From NCBI GenBank assembly GCA_965248445.1, contig CBDFJG010000003.1, forward strand, positions 1,440,001 through 1,504,000: a DNA stretch of 64,000 bases. Direction: 5' to 3'. Within the stretch, counting starts at the first letter, position 1. Each line of letters starts with the position of its first letter. The stretch comes from Planctomycetota bacterium. Lineage in GTDB: Bacteria; Planctomycetota; JAJSAM01; JAJVHW01. The notes under the pieces were generated by a model. It had not been told where the DNA came from. It saw only the letters and a program-made list of their open reading frames with translations, and searched no databases. Shown in pieces: positions 1-11,368 of this stretch. The position numbers and the translations under genes are program-made.

Positions 1-368
1 CGGAACGGCTCGGCGGGCGCGCTCTCGTCGAGAGAGCAGCCCGCATCCAGATCGGGGACGACCACGATCTTGTCCGGATTGAGGATCTTCGCGGTCTCCG
101 CCATGAAGTGCACGCCGGCGAACGCGATCACGTCGGCGTCGGTCGCGGCCGCCTGCTGGGCCAGCCCGAGGCTGTCGCCGACGTAGTCCGCGATGTCCTG
201 GATCGCGCCCACCTGGTAGTAGTGCGCGAGGATGATCGCGTTGCGTTCAGTGCGCAGGCGGTCGATGCCTTCCCGCAGCCCCTCGAGGGTGTCCGGGACG
301 TCGTCCGCCCCTGAGACATCGCTGGCGGCATCGCGGGGGTCGGCGGTGGTGGTGCTGTCGGTCGTCAC
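1..368 (-). CDS. nadA: Quinolinate synthase A, N-terminal part (runs off window start)
   Basis: Manual translation gives [11 protein letters not shown]...[12 protein letters not shown]...[18 protein letters not shown]...DAGCSL; GTG at 368 with GGAG upstream; absent from the ORF track. Confidence 0.95.
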   Translation of the reverse strand, partial: MTTDSTTTADPRDAASDVSGADDVPDTLEGLREGIDRLRTERNAIILAHYYQVGAIQDIADYVGDSLGLAQQAAATDADVIAFAGVHFMAETAKILNPDKIVVVPDLDAGCSLDESAPAEPF

Positions 369-420
369 GGGGTTCTCCGGAAGCGTGTCAGAGTACCGGG
401 GGGGACTGCCCCACCGGGAA

Positions 421-2643
421 CTACTCCAAGCGGCCGAGGAACTCCCGCAAACCCTCGTCCACCGTCTCCACCTGTCCCGCGAAGACGGACAGGAACAGCC
501 GGCGCCCCTCCGAGTCCGCCGACCCGGGTGACGGAGCACGCTCCTCCATCGCCTGCTGCCAGCGGGCGAAGCGCCGCATCGCCTCAGCGGGCGCCTCGGA
601 CATCAGCCAGTGGTGCAGCGCCCACGCCTGGACGTACCAGAGCCGGCGGTCTTGTCCGTCGAGCTTGCGTGGGTCGCGGGCGAGGAACGTAGACACGTCC
701 TCGAGGTCCCCTGCTGCCGCTGCGGCTCGCAGCAGCCGCGCTTCGATGCCCGAGACCGAGTGTCCCGCGCTGTACGACGACCCGTCCCACCCGGCGGTGC
801 GGTACGTCGGGTTCCCGAACCAGGACGCGCGCCCCTCGGAGAACCACGTCGGCCACGAGGTGCCGGTCGCCTCGTGCAGGAACAGCTTCGCCATGTAGTT
901 GAACGACCAGTACGGCGCGTACCGCTTGTCGAAGCGGATGAACGCGACACCGCGGTCCATGTCCTCGAAGCGGCCCCACGCCTTACGCGACGTGTACTCG
1001 TCGTGCTCGTCGCAGAACGCCTCGAACTCGGCTTTCTCGCGGAACACGAGCACGGAGAGCGGGAGCGCCTCGCGCGGTGGTTCGCGGCCGATCACGCGCA
1101 CCATCTCGGTATAGGCGGCTTCGAGCCCGGCGAGGTACCAGTCGGCCCACTCCTTCGGCAGGTTGGTGCGGATGCGGACGTGTTCCGTGCGCAGGTCCCA
1201 CGGCGTCTCCCAGTTGCCTCTCACGGCGTCCGCGCGGGCGGGAGTGAACCAGTACCCGTCCACGAACACCTTGCCCTCGGCGACAGAGTCCTCGCGCTCG
1301 CGGAGGTAGTGGCCGATCAGTTCCGAGGCCTCCTTGCGGTCCGCTTCCTTCGCGTCCACCTCGTACCGGAAGTGCCACGGGAGCTCCGGCCGCACGACCT
1401 GCCAGGCCAGCAGCCGTGCGGCGCGGTCCCCCTCGTAGAGGAGGCGCGCGATCGAACGGACGACGTCGCCGTCGGCCGCGCCGCGTTCCATCAGCGACTC
1501 CGCGGCCCGGATGCGAATCACGAGCGGCAGATCGGTGAGGCCGACCAGACGCCCGACGTCGGCCGGATCCACGAGTTCGTTCTTTCCGTCTTTCGCGTCC
1601 TCGGGAGGAGCGGCCGTGGCGTCCTGGACGAGGTAGCGCTCGATCATCTGAGCGGCGGTCTTCGACTTCCCCTTGAAGCCGTTGCCGGGGTGCAGCAGGT
1701 CCGAGGCGACGTGCGGGAGCACGTCGTGCACCGGGAACCACTCGGGATCGAGCTTCCCCTCGATCTCGAGCGGCCCGAAGTCCGCACGCGCCGCCGCGAC
1801 GTAGAGACCCGGCGTGAAGCGCGTCATCGCGGTGTCGGTGTCGTCACCCGCCAGCTTCACGGACTTCTTCCCATCGGGGGTGATCGTGAACGTCGTGTGC
1901 CCGACGGTCCGGAGCACCTCGAGCTCCACGTGATCGCCCGGCGCGAGCTTCGGCTGCTTCTTGCGGTCGATGTAACGGAACTCCGTGACGCCCGGCGCGG
2001 TGGCCGGGATTCCACCCATCTTGTTGATCATCGTGGAGTTGCCGGCGGCGCCGTCGAACCGGGTGAAGAACCGGTCCTGCACGAGGCAGAGGATCGACTC
2101 GTCGGACACATCGGGTTTCACCAGCACGACTCCGAGGTCGTGCGGGTCGATCAGCTTCGCGTCGGTGCGGACCGACAGGTCGGAGACCATGCCGAGCCGC
2201 AGGCGGATTCCGGCGGTTCCTCGCGCCTTCACGATGGCCGACGACGTGTCTTCGGCCGGCACGACCCGGAAGTCGCCGGTCAGGCCGGAACGCACGGGGA
2301 TGAACGGATCGAAGTCCTCGAGGTGGGCTGGATCGCTCCAGTCCCAGCGCAGCTTGATCCGCTCGCCGTCGAACTCGACGATCTCGCCGCGCAGGTGGCG
2401 GTCGAGGGGCACCGGCAGCGGGGCCGGCAGTGCGATGTCGTCGCTGAACGGCAGACGGCGTCCGGACTCGTCCTGCGCGTGCGACGGCAGCGCGGTCAGC
2501 GCGACGAGAATCCCGAACGCCAGCACGCGCGTCACGCGGCCGTCCATGCGCTCAGCGAGCCGGTTCACTCGTCCGTCCAACCCACTGACTCCACTGCTCT
2601 CCGGATTCTGCCGCCACTCCATTGGACGCTCGAACACGCGCAT
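421..2643 (-). CDS. Exported hypothetical protein with C-terminal DUF1570/zincin-like region lacking HExxH
   Basis: Signal-peptide-like ...ALPSHA; C-terminal [12 protein letters not shown] and [12 protein letters not shown] resemble DUF1570-type proteins; start uncertain. Confidence 0.6.
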   Translation of the reverse strand: MRVFERPMEWRQNPESSGVSGLDGRVNRLAERMDGRVTRVLAFGILVALTALPSHAQDESGRRLPFSDDIALPAPLPVPLDRHLRGEIVEFDGERIKLRWDWSDPAHLEDFDPFIPVRSGLTGDFRVVPAEDTSSAIVKARGTAGIRLRLGMVSDLSVRTDAKLIDPHDLGVVLVKPDVSDESILCLVQDRFFTRFDGAAGNSTMINKMGGIPATAPGVTEFRYIDRKKQPKLAPGDHVELEVLRTVGHTTFTITPDGKKSVKLAGDDTDTAMTRFTPGLYVAAARADFGPLEIEGKLDPEWFPVHDVLPHVASDLLHPGNGFKGKSKTAAQMIERYLVQDATAAPPEDAKDGKNELVDPADVGRLVGLTDLPLVIRIRAAESLMERGAADGDVVRSIARLLYEGDRAARLLAWQVVRPELPWHFRYEVDAKEADRKEASELIGHYLREREDSVAEGKVFVDGYWFTPARADAVRGNWETPWDLRTEHVRIRTNLPKEWADWYLAGLEAAYTEMVRVIGREPPREALPLSVLVFREKAEFEAFCDEHDEYTSRKAWGRFEDMDRGVAFIRFDKRYAPYWSFNYMAKLFLHEATGTSWPTWFSEGRASWFGNPTYRTAGWDGSSYSAGHSVSGIEARLLRAAAAAGDLEDVSTFLARDPRKLDGQDRRLWYVQAWALHHWLMSEAPAEAMRRFARWQQAMEERAPSPGSADSEGRRLFLSVFAGQVETVDEGLREFLGRLE

Positions 2644-2990
2644 TAGGTCCGGAGAGACGCGATGGCCGTGTGCAGCGTGGCCCGGCTCGTGAAGTTCGCG
2701 CCCGGGTAGAGCGCCCGCGCCAGCTCCAGTCCCACGGCGTCGCTGCCGCAGAACAGCAGGCCCGCCACCCGCGCGGCGCGGGCCTCCAGGAGCACGCCGA
2801 CGCGCGATAGCACCTCACTGGCATCGGTCTCCAGGACGCCGACCACGACCTGCGGCCGGCTCTCCTTTGCGAACTCGAGGGCCCGCTCCGGCTCGTCGCC
2901 CGACGCCCATGCGTCGTAGCCCGCGTCGTGGAGCTCGGCCGTCAGTTCATCCGCTGCTGCCCCATCGGGGTCGATCACGAGTACTCGCAT
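2643..2990 (-). CDS. Small atypical response-regulator receiver-like protein
   Basis: MRVLVIDPD...L...GY...ALEFAKESRPQVVV fits a CheY-like N-terminus; no clear phospho-acceptor Asp. Confidence 0.55.
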   Translation of the reverse strand: MRVLVIDPDGAAADELTAELHDAGYDAWASGDEPERALEFAKESRPQVVVGVLETDASEVLSRVGVLLEARAARVAGLLFCGSDAVGLELARALYPGANFTSRATLHTAIASLRT

Positions 2991-3000
2991 GACAACCATT

Positions 3001-5112
3001 TCACCGCATGGGCGCCACGGAGGCCCGGATCTGCTGGACCACGTCGCGGTACGCCTCTGCGGCCGGGCCCTCGGGCAGCAGGACGAGCGCAAACGCCGCC
3101 CCGTTGGACACGCGCAGGATGCGCAGCCCGTCCGGGTAGTCCTCGCCGAGATCTTCGCGATCGCGATCGTCCTCGGGCCTCACGACGACCGGCGAAGTGC
3201 CCACCCGGACGTTGGCGCGATGCCGGAGGAACACACGCCGCAGACCACTCCCCGCCGGGAGGAGCCGCAGCGCGTTCGGCTCGGCCCGCGGCTCCGCACC
3301 GAGATAGATGCGAATCTCCCACGGTCGGCCGTCGGCGATCAGCCCGCCGAGCTCGTGCCGCCTGACATGCAGGAACCCGGGAAGTTCCGCGGTGACGCCC
3401 TGCTCCGCCACCACGAGGGGTTCCTGCCAGCGCCGTCCCTCGAGGTATGCAGAGACTTCCGACCAGCCGAGCAGCGCGAGCAGAAGCAGCGCCCCGACGC
3501 GGAGACCGGTCGTGACGACCGCGCCCGTCGGACGCGGCAGCAGCGCCAGCGCGAGGAGTGCCCCCGCGACCAGTCCGACGCCGTGCGCAGCATTGTCGAT
3601 GAACCGATGCTCGACGATCCCGATCGCGGCGGTCGCCGCGATGCAGAGCCACAACACGAACAGCCACCGGCTGCGCTGCGCGCGGGGGAACGACTTCGCT
3701 CTGAGCAGGAGGATCACGAGCAGGGCGCCGATCAGCCCCATGGCCGCGCCGCTCGCTCCGACGCCGACGTCGGTGTGGTTGACGTACACACTGGCGAGCG
3801 AGCCCATCACACCGGAACCGAGGTAGACGATCACGGTGCGCGCCCACCCAATGCGCCGCTCCAGCGGCCATCCGATGAGCAGAATGGAACCGAGGTTCAT
3901 GCCGAGGTGCACCCAGCCACCGTGCAGGTCCATGGTCGAGAGAAGACGCCACCACTGCCCCTGCTCGATGATCAGCGGCGCGCTGAGCGCCCCGCCGAGC
4001 AGCAGTTCGAACGCACCCGCGGAGAACGGGTTCCCGTCATCGCCCACGAACAGGAAGGTGCCGACCGACACGATGAACGCGATTAACGAGAGCAGCGGCA
4101 CCGCGATCACACGGCTACTCGTGGACTTCGGCGTGAGCCTCGCTTCGTCGCGGCATCGCGCTTCGAGCGCCCGCAGCTCTTCCATCTCGTCGGCGGTCGG
4201 TGCGCCGAGACGAGAGCTGCCCGCGGCGATCCGCGTACGGCCCGCGACGGCCTCCCGCCGTTGCGCGCGAAGCGTCTCGCGCTCTGCCCGCTCGTACAGC
4301 CGCGACGCGAGGTCCGCCTCGCCGGCGGCCTCGCGCGCGCGCGCTCGGGCGAGCAGCCCCGCACCGGCCGACCCGGCCATCAGCGGCCAGTCCATGTGGT
4401 CGGCCTCGTCGAGCACGTCGGTCCGTCCCGCGCACGCGAGGACCGCGCGCCTGGTCTGCGCGTGCAACGTGGCGACGCCGGAGTGCGCCTCGACCGAGCG
4501 GCAGGTGCGCAGCGCGCGGCTCAGGTCCCCTGTCTCGGCCGCAGCGCGGGACTCGAGCGACTGGACCGCCGGCGCCGTGCTGGGGAGTTCTTCGACGGCC
4601 GCGAGGACCGCCGGCCAGTCGCGGTCGGCCGCCGCCGGAAGCACGCGCGCCAGCGTCGCCCCGCCGTGCGCGCCGGGCAGCATCCCGCGGCGCGCGAGCG
4701 CCTCGAGCCGCTCCGTCGCCCGCGCCCGATGGCCGCGGTCAGCGTCGTCGATGGCCGAGTAGAACGACGCTTCGCCGCGGGTGGGGCCGGGAAAGCCGAG
4801 CAGCGCGGACGCGCTGTGTGCCATCCACGCCGCGAGCCGGTAGCGCCGCTCCGGAACGGCGCGGCGGGCGCCCATCAGGAAGAGCGACGGCAGCAGACTG
4901 AACACCGCGAACGCGAGGAACAACGGCACCGACAGAACGACGGTGCGGCCGTCATCGCCCAGCGCCCAGACCGTCGCTGCGAGGAGGATGCCGAGCAGGA
5001 ACGCGTGGAACCAGAACGCACGCGCCCGACGGTGGAGCAGGACGTAGAGACCGAGCGCCGCGCCGAGCGCCACGGCGTAGAGCAGGAACCGCGCCTCTAC
5101 TGACGACTGCAC
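3001..5112 (-). CDS. Rhomboid intramembrane serine protease with helical N-terminal region and C-terminal extension
   Basis: QWWRLL, HGGWVHLGMN, VGASGA (catalytic Ser), IDNAAHGVG (catalytic His), multiple TM segments. Confidence 0.88.
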   Translation of the reverse strand: MQSSVEARFLLYAVALGAALGLYVLLHRRARAFWFHAFLLGILLAATVWALGDDGRTVVLSVPLFLAFAVFSLLPSLFLMGARRAVPERRYRLAAWMAHSASALLGFPGPTRGEASFYSAIDDADRGHRARATERLEALARRGMLPGAHGGATLARVLPAAADRDWPAVLAAVEELPSTAPAVQSLESRAAAETGDLSRALRTCRSVEAHSGVATLHAQTRRAVLACAGRTDVLDEADHMDWPLMAGSAGAGLLARARAREAAGEADLASRLYERAERETLRAQRREAVAGRTRIAAGSSRLGAPTADEMEELRALEARCRDEARLTPKSTSSRVIAVPLLSLIAFIVSVGTFLFVGDDGNPFSAGAFELLLGGALSAPLIIEQGQWWRLLSTMDLHGGWVHLGMNLGSILLIGWPLERRIGWARTVIVYLGSGVMGSLASVYVNHTDVGVGASGAAMGLIGALLVILLLRAKSFPRAQRSRWLFVLWLCIAATAAIGIVEHRFIDNAAHGVGLVAGALLALALLPRPTGAVVTTGLRVGALLLLALLGWSEVSAYLEGRRWQEPLVVAEQGVTAELPGFLHVRRHELGGLIADGRPWEIRIYLGAEPRAEPNALRLLPAGSGLRRVFLRHRANVRVGTSPVVVRPEDDRDREDLGEDYPDGLRILRVSNGAAFALVLLPEGPAAEAYRDVVQQIRASVAPMR

Positions 5113-5128
5113 TGTCGTCCGGACGCGG

Positions 5129-5833
5129 TCAGCGACCGACGGTGCGGGACGGCATCGGATCGCAGACCTCGCACGGGTCGAATCCGAAGTTCAGCGCGTC
5201 GTACATCGTGTCGAAGTCCCGCCGTTGTCCCGTAGCCGTCGCGCTGAGCACCTTGCACTCGCCGCGGTGGAACTTCTGGTTGACCGACTCGGCCACGAAG
5301 CGCGACGGCGCCGCCTCCGTGACACGGTTCTTCGCGGTGAAAACGTAGTCGGGGACCTCCTTGAGCATCTCGGTGCGGATCATCGCGAGCTCGGGGATGT
5401 CCAGGAACTCGGCCTCGACGCGAATCTCGTCGCCGTCCGCCCGCACAAAGTATGCGCGCGCGCCAAGCTCGTTCTGCTCCGTGCCCGGCTCGGCATGCAT
5501 GACGGCGGGAAGCTCGTCGAAGTTCGCGGCCAGCAGCGCGGTGTAGATGTTCTGGAGGTGGTCTTCGCTGACCTCGAACGCGCCCGACGAACGGTCCCGT
5601 CGCGGAGCCCGGACGAACGTGTCATATGTGACGCTGCCCGACCGTTCGAACGTCAGCGTGTAGTCCACGGCCGGTTGGGTCGCCGAGTGGACACTGTGCA
5701 CGAACCGGAAGTCGTTCGGCATGATGTCGGGCAGCCGCTGCGAGCTGCCGAAGAGGCCGCATGCGGGCAGCAGCAGGCTGACCGCCAGCAGCAGCAGCGG
5801 CGCGGCAAGCGGGCGGATCGAACGAGTCAACAT
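5129..5833 (-). CDS. Predicted lipoprotein with C-terminal Ada-like metal-binding motif
   Basis: Lipobox-like LLPAC; C-terminal KFHRGEC...GFDPCEVCDP. Confidence 0.65.
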   Translation of the reverse strand: MLTRSIRPLAAPLLLLAVSLLLPACGLFGSSQRLPDIMPNDFRFVHSVHSATQPAVDYTLTFERSGSVTYDTFVRAPRRDRSSGAFEVSEDHLQNIYTALLAANFDELPAVMHAEPGTEQNELGARAYFVRADGDEIRVEAEFLDIPELAMIRTEMLKEVPDYVFTAKNRVTEAAPSRFVAESVNQKFHRGECKVLSATATGQRRDFDTMYDALNFGFDPCEVCDPMPSRTVGR

Positions 5834-6013
5834 GAGCGGGCCTCCGTCATCACACCCTCACCTCGGGGCACGAACCCCGGATCTTACTCCCCCCAGTGTG
5901 GTGCGCCACGAACCGGGAGGGGTGCTAGTCAGGGTTGGCCCGGCGTCCGGCGGGGCGACTACCGTCTCTCCTCGGAGGCGGCCGTACGAGGCGCGAAGCC
6001 GGAGACACTCTGG

Positions 6014-6047
6014 GGCGGAGAAACTGGGGGGGCGGAGAAACTGGGGG
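6014..6047 (+). repeat. Exact 17-bp tandem duplication directly upstream of the dGTPase start
   Basis: GGCGGAGAAACTGGGGG at 6014-6030 and 6031-6047. Confidence 0.85.
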
Positions 6048-6050
6048 CCC

Positions 6051-7190
6051 ATGCGCACGCGCGAAGAGCTCGAACGGTCCGAGGATGCCGCGCTGGCGCC
6101 GTACGCCATGCGAAGCGCGGCATCCGAGGGGCGGGAGCACGCCGAGGACGAGCACCCCTACCGAACCGTCTATCAGCGGGACCGCGACCGGATCGTCCAC
6201 TGCGAGGCCTTCCGCCGCCTCGAGTACAAGACGCAGGTGTTCGTCAACACCGAGGGCGACTCGTACCGCACGCGGCTCACCCACACAATCGAGGTGGCGC
6301 AGATCGCCCGCACCATCGCGCGCACCCTCGGACTGAACGAGGACCTGATCGAGACGCTCGCCCTGGTCCACGATCTCGGACACGCTCCGTTCGGACACGC
6401 CGGTCAGGACGCGCTGGCGGAGTGCATGGCGGACCACGGGGGATTCGAGCACAACCGCCAGGGCCTCCGCATCGTCACGCGTCTCGAGCGGCGCTACCCG
6501 TCGTTCCTCGGTCTGAACCTCTCGTTCGAGGCGCGCGAGGGCATGGCGAAGCACGGGGACTTCCGCGCCAGCGGAGCGGCCCGCGACTTTCGACCCGACG
6601 ACGCACCGCTGCTCGAGGCGCTGGTCGCCGACAAGGCCGACCGTCTGGCCTACAACCACCACGATCTGGACGACGGCCTGACCGCCGGGATACTGACTGA
6701 GCACGACGTACGCGGACTCCCCCACGTGAATGCAGCATTCGAGGCGGTCGACCGCGAGGCGCCGGGCCTGCCGTTCCGCGTCCGCGTGAATCAGGTCTTC
6801 ATCCGGCTGATGAACGGCGCGGTGACCGACCTCGTGGGCGAGACGTCGCGGCGCCTGGCTGCGGCCGGAACCGCCTCGGTCGCCGAGGCGCGCGCGACGG
6901 CGGCCCCGCTTGCGGGATTCTCAGACGACGGGCAGCGCCGGGAGAGCGAGCTGCACCGCTTCCTCTTCGCGAACTTCTACTCGCACTGGCGGGTGGCGCG
7001 GATGCAGGAGAACGCGAAGCGCTTCCTCTCGACGGTCTTCTCGTACTTCGTCGAGCATCCCCGGACGCTCCCGCCCGTGGTCCGCGCGCGGGCCGAGGAG
7101 GACGGCTTGCACCGGGCGGTCTGCGACCACGTGGCCGCCATGACCGACCGCGAGCTGCACGCGGAGTACCGCGGAATCACGCAGCCCTAG
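6051..7190 (+). CDS. dgt: Deoxyguanosinetriphosphate triphosphohydrolase (HD family dGTPase-like)
   Basis: YQRDRDRIVH..AFRRLEYKTQVF, RTRLTHTIEV, HDLGHAPFGH, FEHN; ATG at 6051. Confidence 0.93.
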   Translation: MRTREELERSEDAALAPYAMRSAASEGREHAEDEHPYRTVYQRDRDRIVHCEAFRRLEYKTQVFVNTEGDSYRTRLTHTIEVAQIARTIARTLGLNEDLIETLALVHDLGHAPFGHAGQDALAECMADHGGFEHNRQGLRIVTRLERRYPSFLGLNLSFEAREGMAKHGDFRASGAARDFRPDDAPLLEALVADKADRLAYNHHDLDDGLTAGILTEHDVRGLPHVNAAFEAVDREAPGLPFRVRVNQVFIRLMNGAVTDLVGETSRRLAAAGTASVAEARATAAPLAGFSDDGQRRESELHRFLFANFYSHWRVARMQENAKRFLSTVFSYFVEHPRTLPPVVRARAEEDGLHRAVCDHVAAMTDRELHAEYRGITQP

Positions 7191-7446
7191 CAGGTACGGG
7201 AAGCGCCCCACCGGCCGGGGGACCGATGAGGCGCGTGTTCGGCAGCCCGTGGCTGCCGGGGAGAGACTTGTCGACGTCGGGCTGGTTGGATTTGAGAGAG
7301 AGAGACCATTCTCGGCGTCAATGCTCTAATCGGAACCTTACTGTGCGACTCTAGGTATAGATCCCGCCGAAGAGGGGTTTTCGCTCGAGAAGGCCCTCTC
7401 CAGGCTCGGATCCCGGATCTTGCTCCTGCGCTGAGAAGTGGCCGGA

Positions 7447-8427
7447 TCAGCTCTTGGCGGCCTGAATCTGCTCGGTCAGCGCCGGCAGGACCTCGAAGAC
7501 GTCCCCCACGATCCCGTAGTCGGCGACCTTGAAGATCGGTGCCTCGGCGTCCTTGTTCACGGCCACGATCACCTTGCTCGAGGACATCCCGGCCAGGTGC
7601 TGGATGGCACCGGAGATCGCGCAGGCCACGTACAGCTTGGGTGAGACCGTCTTTCCGGTCTGTCCGACCTGCTCGTCGTGGGGCCGCCAGCCGGCGTCCA
7701 CGACCGCCCGGCTGGCTCCGACCACACCGCCGAGCGCAGCGGCCAGCTCCTCGACCAGGTGGAAGTTCTCGGGGCCCTTCAAGCCGCGCCCTCCCGAGAC
7801 CACGATCTCGGCCTCCGTCAGGTCGACCGACCGGACCTCCGGCGCCCGAACCTCCTCCACCCGCGCGGCGGGAGCCCCCGCCGCTGCTGCCGGCAACGCC
7901 AGCGCGCGGATCTCGGCGCTCGACAGAGCGACGGCGGGCGCGAACGCGTTCGGGCGAAGCCCTATGCAGAACGGCGTCCGCTTGGCTTCGACCGTCTGGA
8001 TCACTTTGCCCGCGTACACCGGTCGCGTGATGCGCACCGCGCCGCCCTCGACGGAGATCGACGTGGCGTCCGCAGCAAGACCGGCGCCGAGCGCGCCCGC
8101 CACGGTCGCCAAGATGTCGCGACCGCAGACGGTCGCTGGGAACAGCAGGAACCCCGCCCCCGCGGCATCGGCGGCGGCGCGCACGGCGCGCGTGTGGGGC
8201 CCCGAGAGGGACGTGTCGAGTGACGCGTCCTCCACCACGTGCAGCACGACGGCGCCGGGCGCGCCCTTCGCTGCGGCGATGGCGTTCGCATCCGGCGCGG
8301 CGAGCACCGCGTGCAGTTCGACGCCCAGCGCCGTTGCCAGAGCCGCGCCGGCACCCAGACCCTCGCGCGCCGGCTTGCGGAGCGCACCACCGGCGCTCTC
8401 CAGGTAGACGAGTACGTTGCCGCTCAT
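7447..8427 (-). CDS. etfA: Electron transfer flavoprotein alpha subunit
   Basis: [41 protein letters not shown] at 8427. Confidence 0.96.
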   Translation of the reverse strand: MSGNVLVYLESAGGALRKPAREGLGAGAALATALGVELHAVLAAPDANAIAAAKGAPGAVVLHVVEDASLDTSLSGPHTRAVRAAADAAGAGFLLFPATVCGRDILATVAGALGAGLAADATSISVEGGAVRITRPVYAGKVIQTVEAKRTPFCIGLRPNAFAPAVALSSAEIRALALPAAAAGAPAARVEEVRAPEVRSVDLTEAEIVVSGGRGLKGPENFHLVEELAAALGGVVGASRAVVDAGWRPHDEQVGQTGKTVSPKLYVACAISGAIQHLAGMSSSKVIVAVNKDAEAPIFKVADYGIVGDVFEVLPALTEQIQAAKS

Positions 8428-8441
8428 TGACCTCAACCTTC

Positions 8442-9194
8442 CTAGAGAACGCCCACTTCGTCGCGCAGCACGCGCACGAGTTCGGGCACCGCGTCCACTC
8501 CTTCGCCCAGCATGCGCACGCCCGCGCGCGCCGGCGGCGCGGTCACCGACACGATGTCGGACGCGTTCTCCGTGACCGCCGCCGCCTTCTGCTCCAGCGG
8601 CTTCTTCTTCGCCATCATGATCCCCTTCAGCGACGCGAAGCGGGGTTCGGCCAGGCCGCGCTGGGCGGTCAGCACGCACGGCGTCGGCACGAACACGACC
8701 TCCTCGCTGCCCTCCACCTCGCGGCGCACGCGAAGCCCGCCGTCGGCGCCGTCGACGCCGACCACGAACGACGCATACGCGTAGTCGAGCATCGCCGCGA
8801 GCATGCCGCCGACCGCCGCCGAGTCGTCGTCGATCGCCTTCCAGCCACAGAACACGACCGCCGGTTCGAGCTCGCGAACAGCGGCCGCGAGGGCCCCTGC
8901 CGTTGCGGCCGGGTCGCGGAACGGCAGTTCATCGACCAGGAGCACCGCATCGTCGGCGCCCATGGCCATCGCCTTGCGGACCTCCTTGGTCGCGGTGGAG
9001 GGGCCGAGGCAGAGGACCGTCACCTGCGTGGCGACTCCGGCCTCTTTGAGCTGGACGGCCTTCTCGAGCGCCATCTCGTCGTACGGCGAGATGATGAACT
9101 CGACCCCCTGGGGGTCGATGCCGCGGCCGTCCGCGGACGGCTTGATCTTGGCGGTGGTGTCGGGAACACGCTTCAGGCACACGACGATGCGCAT
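8442..9194 (-). CDS. etfB: Electron transfer flavoprotein beta subunit
   Basis: [36 protein letters not shown]; adjacent to etfA. Confidence 0.96.
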   Translation of the reverse strand: MRIVVCLKRVPDTTAKIKPSADGRGIDPQGVEFIISPYDEMALEKAVQLKEAGVATQVTVLCLGPSTATKEVRKAMAMGADDAVLLVDELPFRDPAATAGALAAAVRELEPAVVFCGWKAIDDDSAAVGGMLAAMLDYAYASFVVGVDGADGGLRVRREVEGSEEVVFVPTPCVLTAQRGLAEPRFASLKGIMMAKKKPLEQKAAAVTENASDIVSVTAPPARAGVRMLGEGVDAVPELVRVLRDEVGVL

Positions 9195-9345
9195 GGGGCC
9201 TCCGGACGGCTTTCGAGGGGGATGGCGAAGCCGAAGACCGGGAGGCTAGCGCGGAGGGCGGCGGCGTCCTCGCGGATCCCGATGTGACAGGGCGGCAGTA
9301 GTGCGGGCGGACGCGGCGACCCGCCCCAACCGGTTCATCGCGCGA

Positions 9346-10534
9346 TTAGCACGGCTGGGCCAACTCACCATCATCCACCCGGCGATCGGAGCGGGATGAG
9401 GCGAGGGGCTCGAAGACGACACCCTGTTCGCAGAGGTCTTCGAGGGCGTCCACCGCGATCGGGTCGAAGTGAGACCCGCGGCCGGCGCGGATGATCTCGC
9501 GCACCGTCTCCTCGGGCAGGCCCATGCGGTAGGCGCGATCGCTGTACAGCGCGTCGCACACATCGGCGACGGCCAGGACGCGCGCCAGTTCGGGGATGTC
9601 CTCGCCGCCGAGCTTGTCGGGATATCCGGTGCCGTCCCAGCGTTCGTGGTGACAGCGGACGGGACCGCACACGGGCGCGAGCGCCTGGATCGGGGCGAGA
9701 ATGTTCGCGCAAAACCACAGGGTGCAACCGGATGTGTTCCCACTCCGCGTCGGTCAGCGACGACGGCTTGTTGAGGACATGGTCGGGGGTGCCGATCTTG
9801 CCGATGTCGTGCAACGTGCCGGCGCGATAGAGCAGTTCGATCTGCTCTTCGTCCTTACCCATGTAGCGGCCCATGAGCGCAGCGATCTGGCCGACGCGCT
9901 CCATGTGTCCGCGCGTGTAGTTGTCCTTGGCATAGACGGCTTCGACCAGCGCCTGCACGGCCTGCGACGCGTGCTCTTCCTGCGCCTCGATGCGCACCGC
10001 GAGAGTGTGCGCGGCGTGCGCGTCGCGGCGCAGGCACCGGCGCTCCTGCAATCGCTGGATGGTGAACGTCATCTGGTCGAAGGAGAAGGGCTTGGCGAAG
10101 TAGTCGTACGCGCCGCGGCGCAACGCATCGACCGCGACCTTCTCGCCCGGCTTACCCGTCACGATGATGACGTCGGGCGACTTCGGATCACTCGGCGGCG
10201 CGATGCGCTGGATCTCGCTGAGGAGTTCCAGACCGGAGAGGCCCGGCATCTGGACGTCGGTGATCACGAGGAAGAAGCCGCCGTCGTTCAGGAACTCGAG
10301 AGCCCTCTCGGCATCGGGAGCCGTGGTGACCTCGAAGCCGAGGCGGCGCAGGAACACGGTGAGCAGACTGCGAATGCCCGGCTCGTCGTCCACGACCAAG
10401 ATGCGGCGCTCCCCGCCGGACCCCAGGTCCAGCCGGTCGGTCTCCGCTTCCACGATCACGGGTGCTTCGGTGCTCACTAACCCCTCGGAGCCATCCCCCT
10501 CGCTGTCCGAGGGTGGGGTGCTAGGCGAGCTCAA
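9346..10534 (-). pseudogene. Response regulator with HD-GYP phosphodiesterase domain, split by a +1 frameshift near 9711-9714 (possibly a sequencing error)
   Basis: REC motifs ILVVDDE, TDVQMPG, AKPF and HDIGK in one frame; HHERWDGTGYP and LAVADVCDAL in the next; removing one base from the A4 run joins them. Confidence 0.85.
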
Positions 10535-11337
10535 CGACCGGTCCAGGTACGACGATCCGGCCGCGACTCTCCCGGTCTCTCATCGGCATCCTTCCGTGAG
10601 GACTGGAGTTCGGGCATATCGAACCGATCACCCAGGTAGATCTCGCGGACGACCGGGTCCTCGACCAGCTCCGAGGAGGTCCCCTGACGCAGGATCTCGC
10701 CCTCGTAGATGATGTAGGCCCGGTCGGTGATCGTGAGCGTCTCGCGCACGCTGTGATCGGTCAACAGGACACCCATGCCGCGCTCCCGCAGGCGCAGCAC
10801 GATGTCCTGGATCTCGGAGACCGCGATCGGGTCGACGCCGCTGAACGGTTCATCGAGCAGCAGCAGTCGCGGCGAGGTGACGAGCGAGCGCGTGATCTCG
10901 AGGCGGCGTCGCTCGCCGCCGGAAAGCGATTGCGCAACGGACTTCCGGATCGGCAGCAGACCCAGTTCCCCGAGGTGGTCCTCGAGCCGCTGCATGCGTT
11001 CGCGGCGAGGCAGCGACAACGTCTCGAGAATGGCGAGCACGTTCTGCTCGACGGTGAGCCCACGGAAAATCGACGGCTGCTGGCTCAGGTAGCCCATGCC
11101 GCGCCGCGCGCGCCTGTACATCGGCAAGCGGCTCACGTCATGACCGCCGAATCGCACTTCGCCCGCGTCCGCGCGCAGCATTCCGACGGTCATGCGAAAC
11201 GTCGTCGTCTTACCGGCGCCGTTCGGACCGAGCAGCCCGACGATCTCGCCGGGTTCGACGTCGAACGACACTTCTTTCACGACGCGTCCGCGACCGCGGT
11301 ACGACTTCACCAACCGCCGGGCTTCAAGGAGTGGCAT
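10531..11337 (-). CDS. lptB: LPS export ABC transporter ATP-binding protein
   Basis: GPNGAGKTT, PMYRRARRGMGYL, LSGGERRRLEI, LLDEPFSGVDP, TDH, VREIYLG; start at 11337 or 11346. Confidence 0.93.
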   Translation of the reverse strand: MPLLEARRLVKSYRGRGRVVKEVSFDVEPGEIVGLLGPNGAGKTTTFRMTVGMLRADAGEVRFGGHDVSRLPMYRRARRGMGYLSQQPSIFRGLTVEQNVLAILETLSLPRRERMQRLEDHLGELGLLPIRKSVAQSLSGGERRRLEITRSLVTSPRLLLLDEPFSGVDPIAVSEIQDIVLRLRERGMGVLLTDHSVRETLTITDRAYIIYEGEILRQGTSSELVEDPVVREIYLGDRFDMPELQSSRKDADERPGESRPDRRTWTGR

Positions 11338-11368
11338 CGGACGCATGGTAGCGCCCCGGCGGGTCGAC

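Noticed and set aside
6051..7190. dGTPase as an anti-phage gene
   Set aside because: Looks like the ordinary short housekeeping type, in a housekeeping context
7191..7446. Small ORF or sRNA with a GA dinucleotide run between dgt and etfA
   Set aside because: Only a ~40-codon low-complexity ORF and one hairpin; insufficient support
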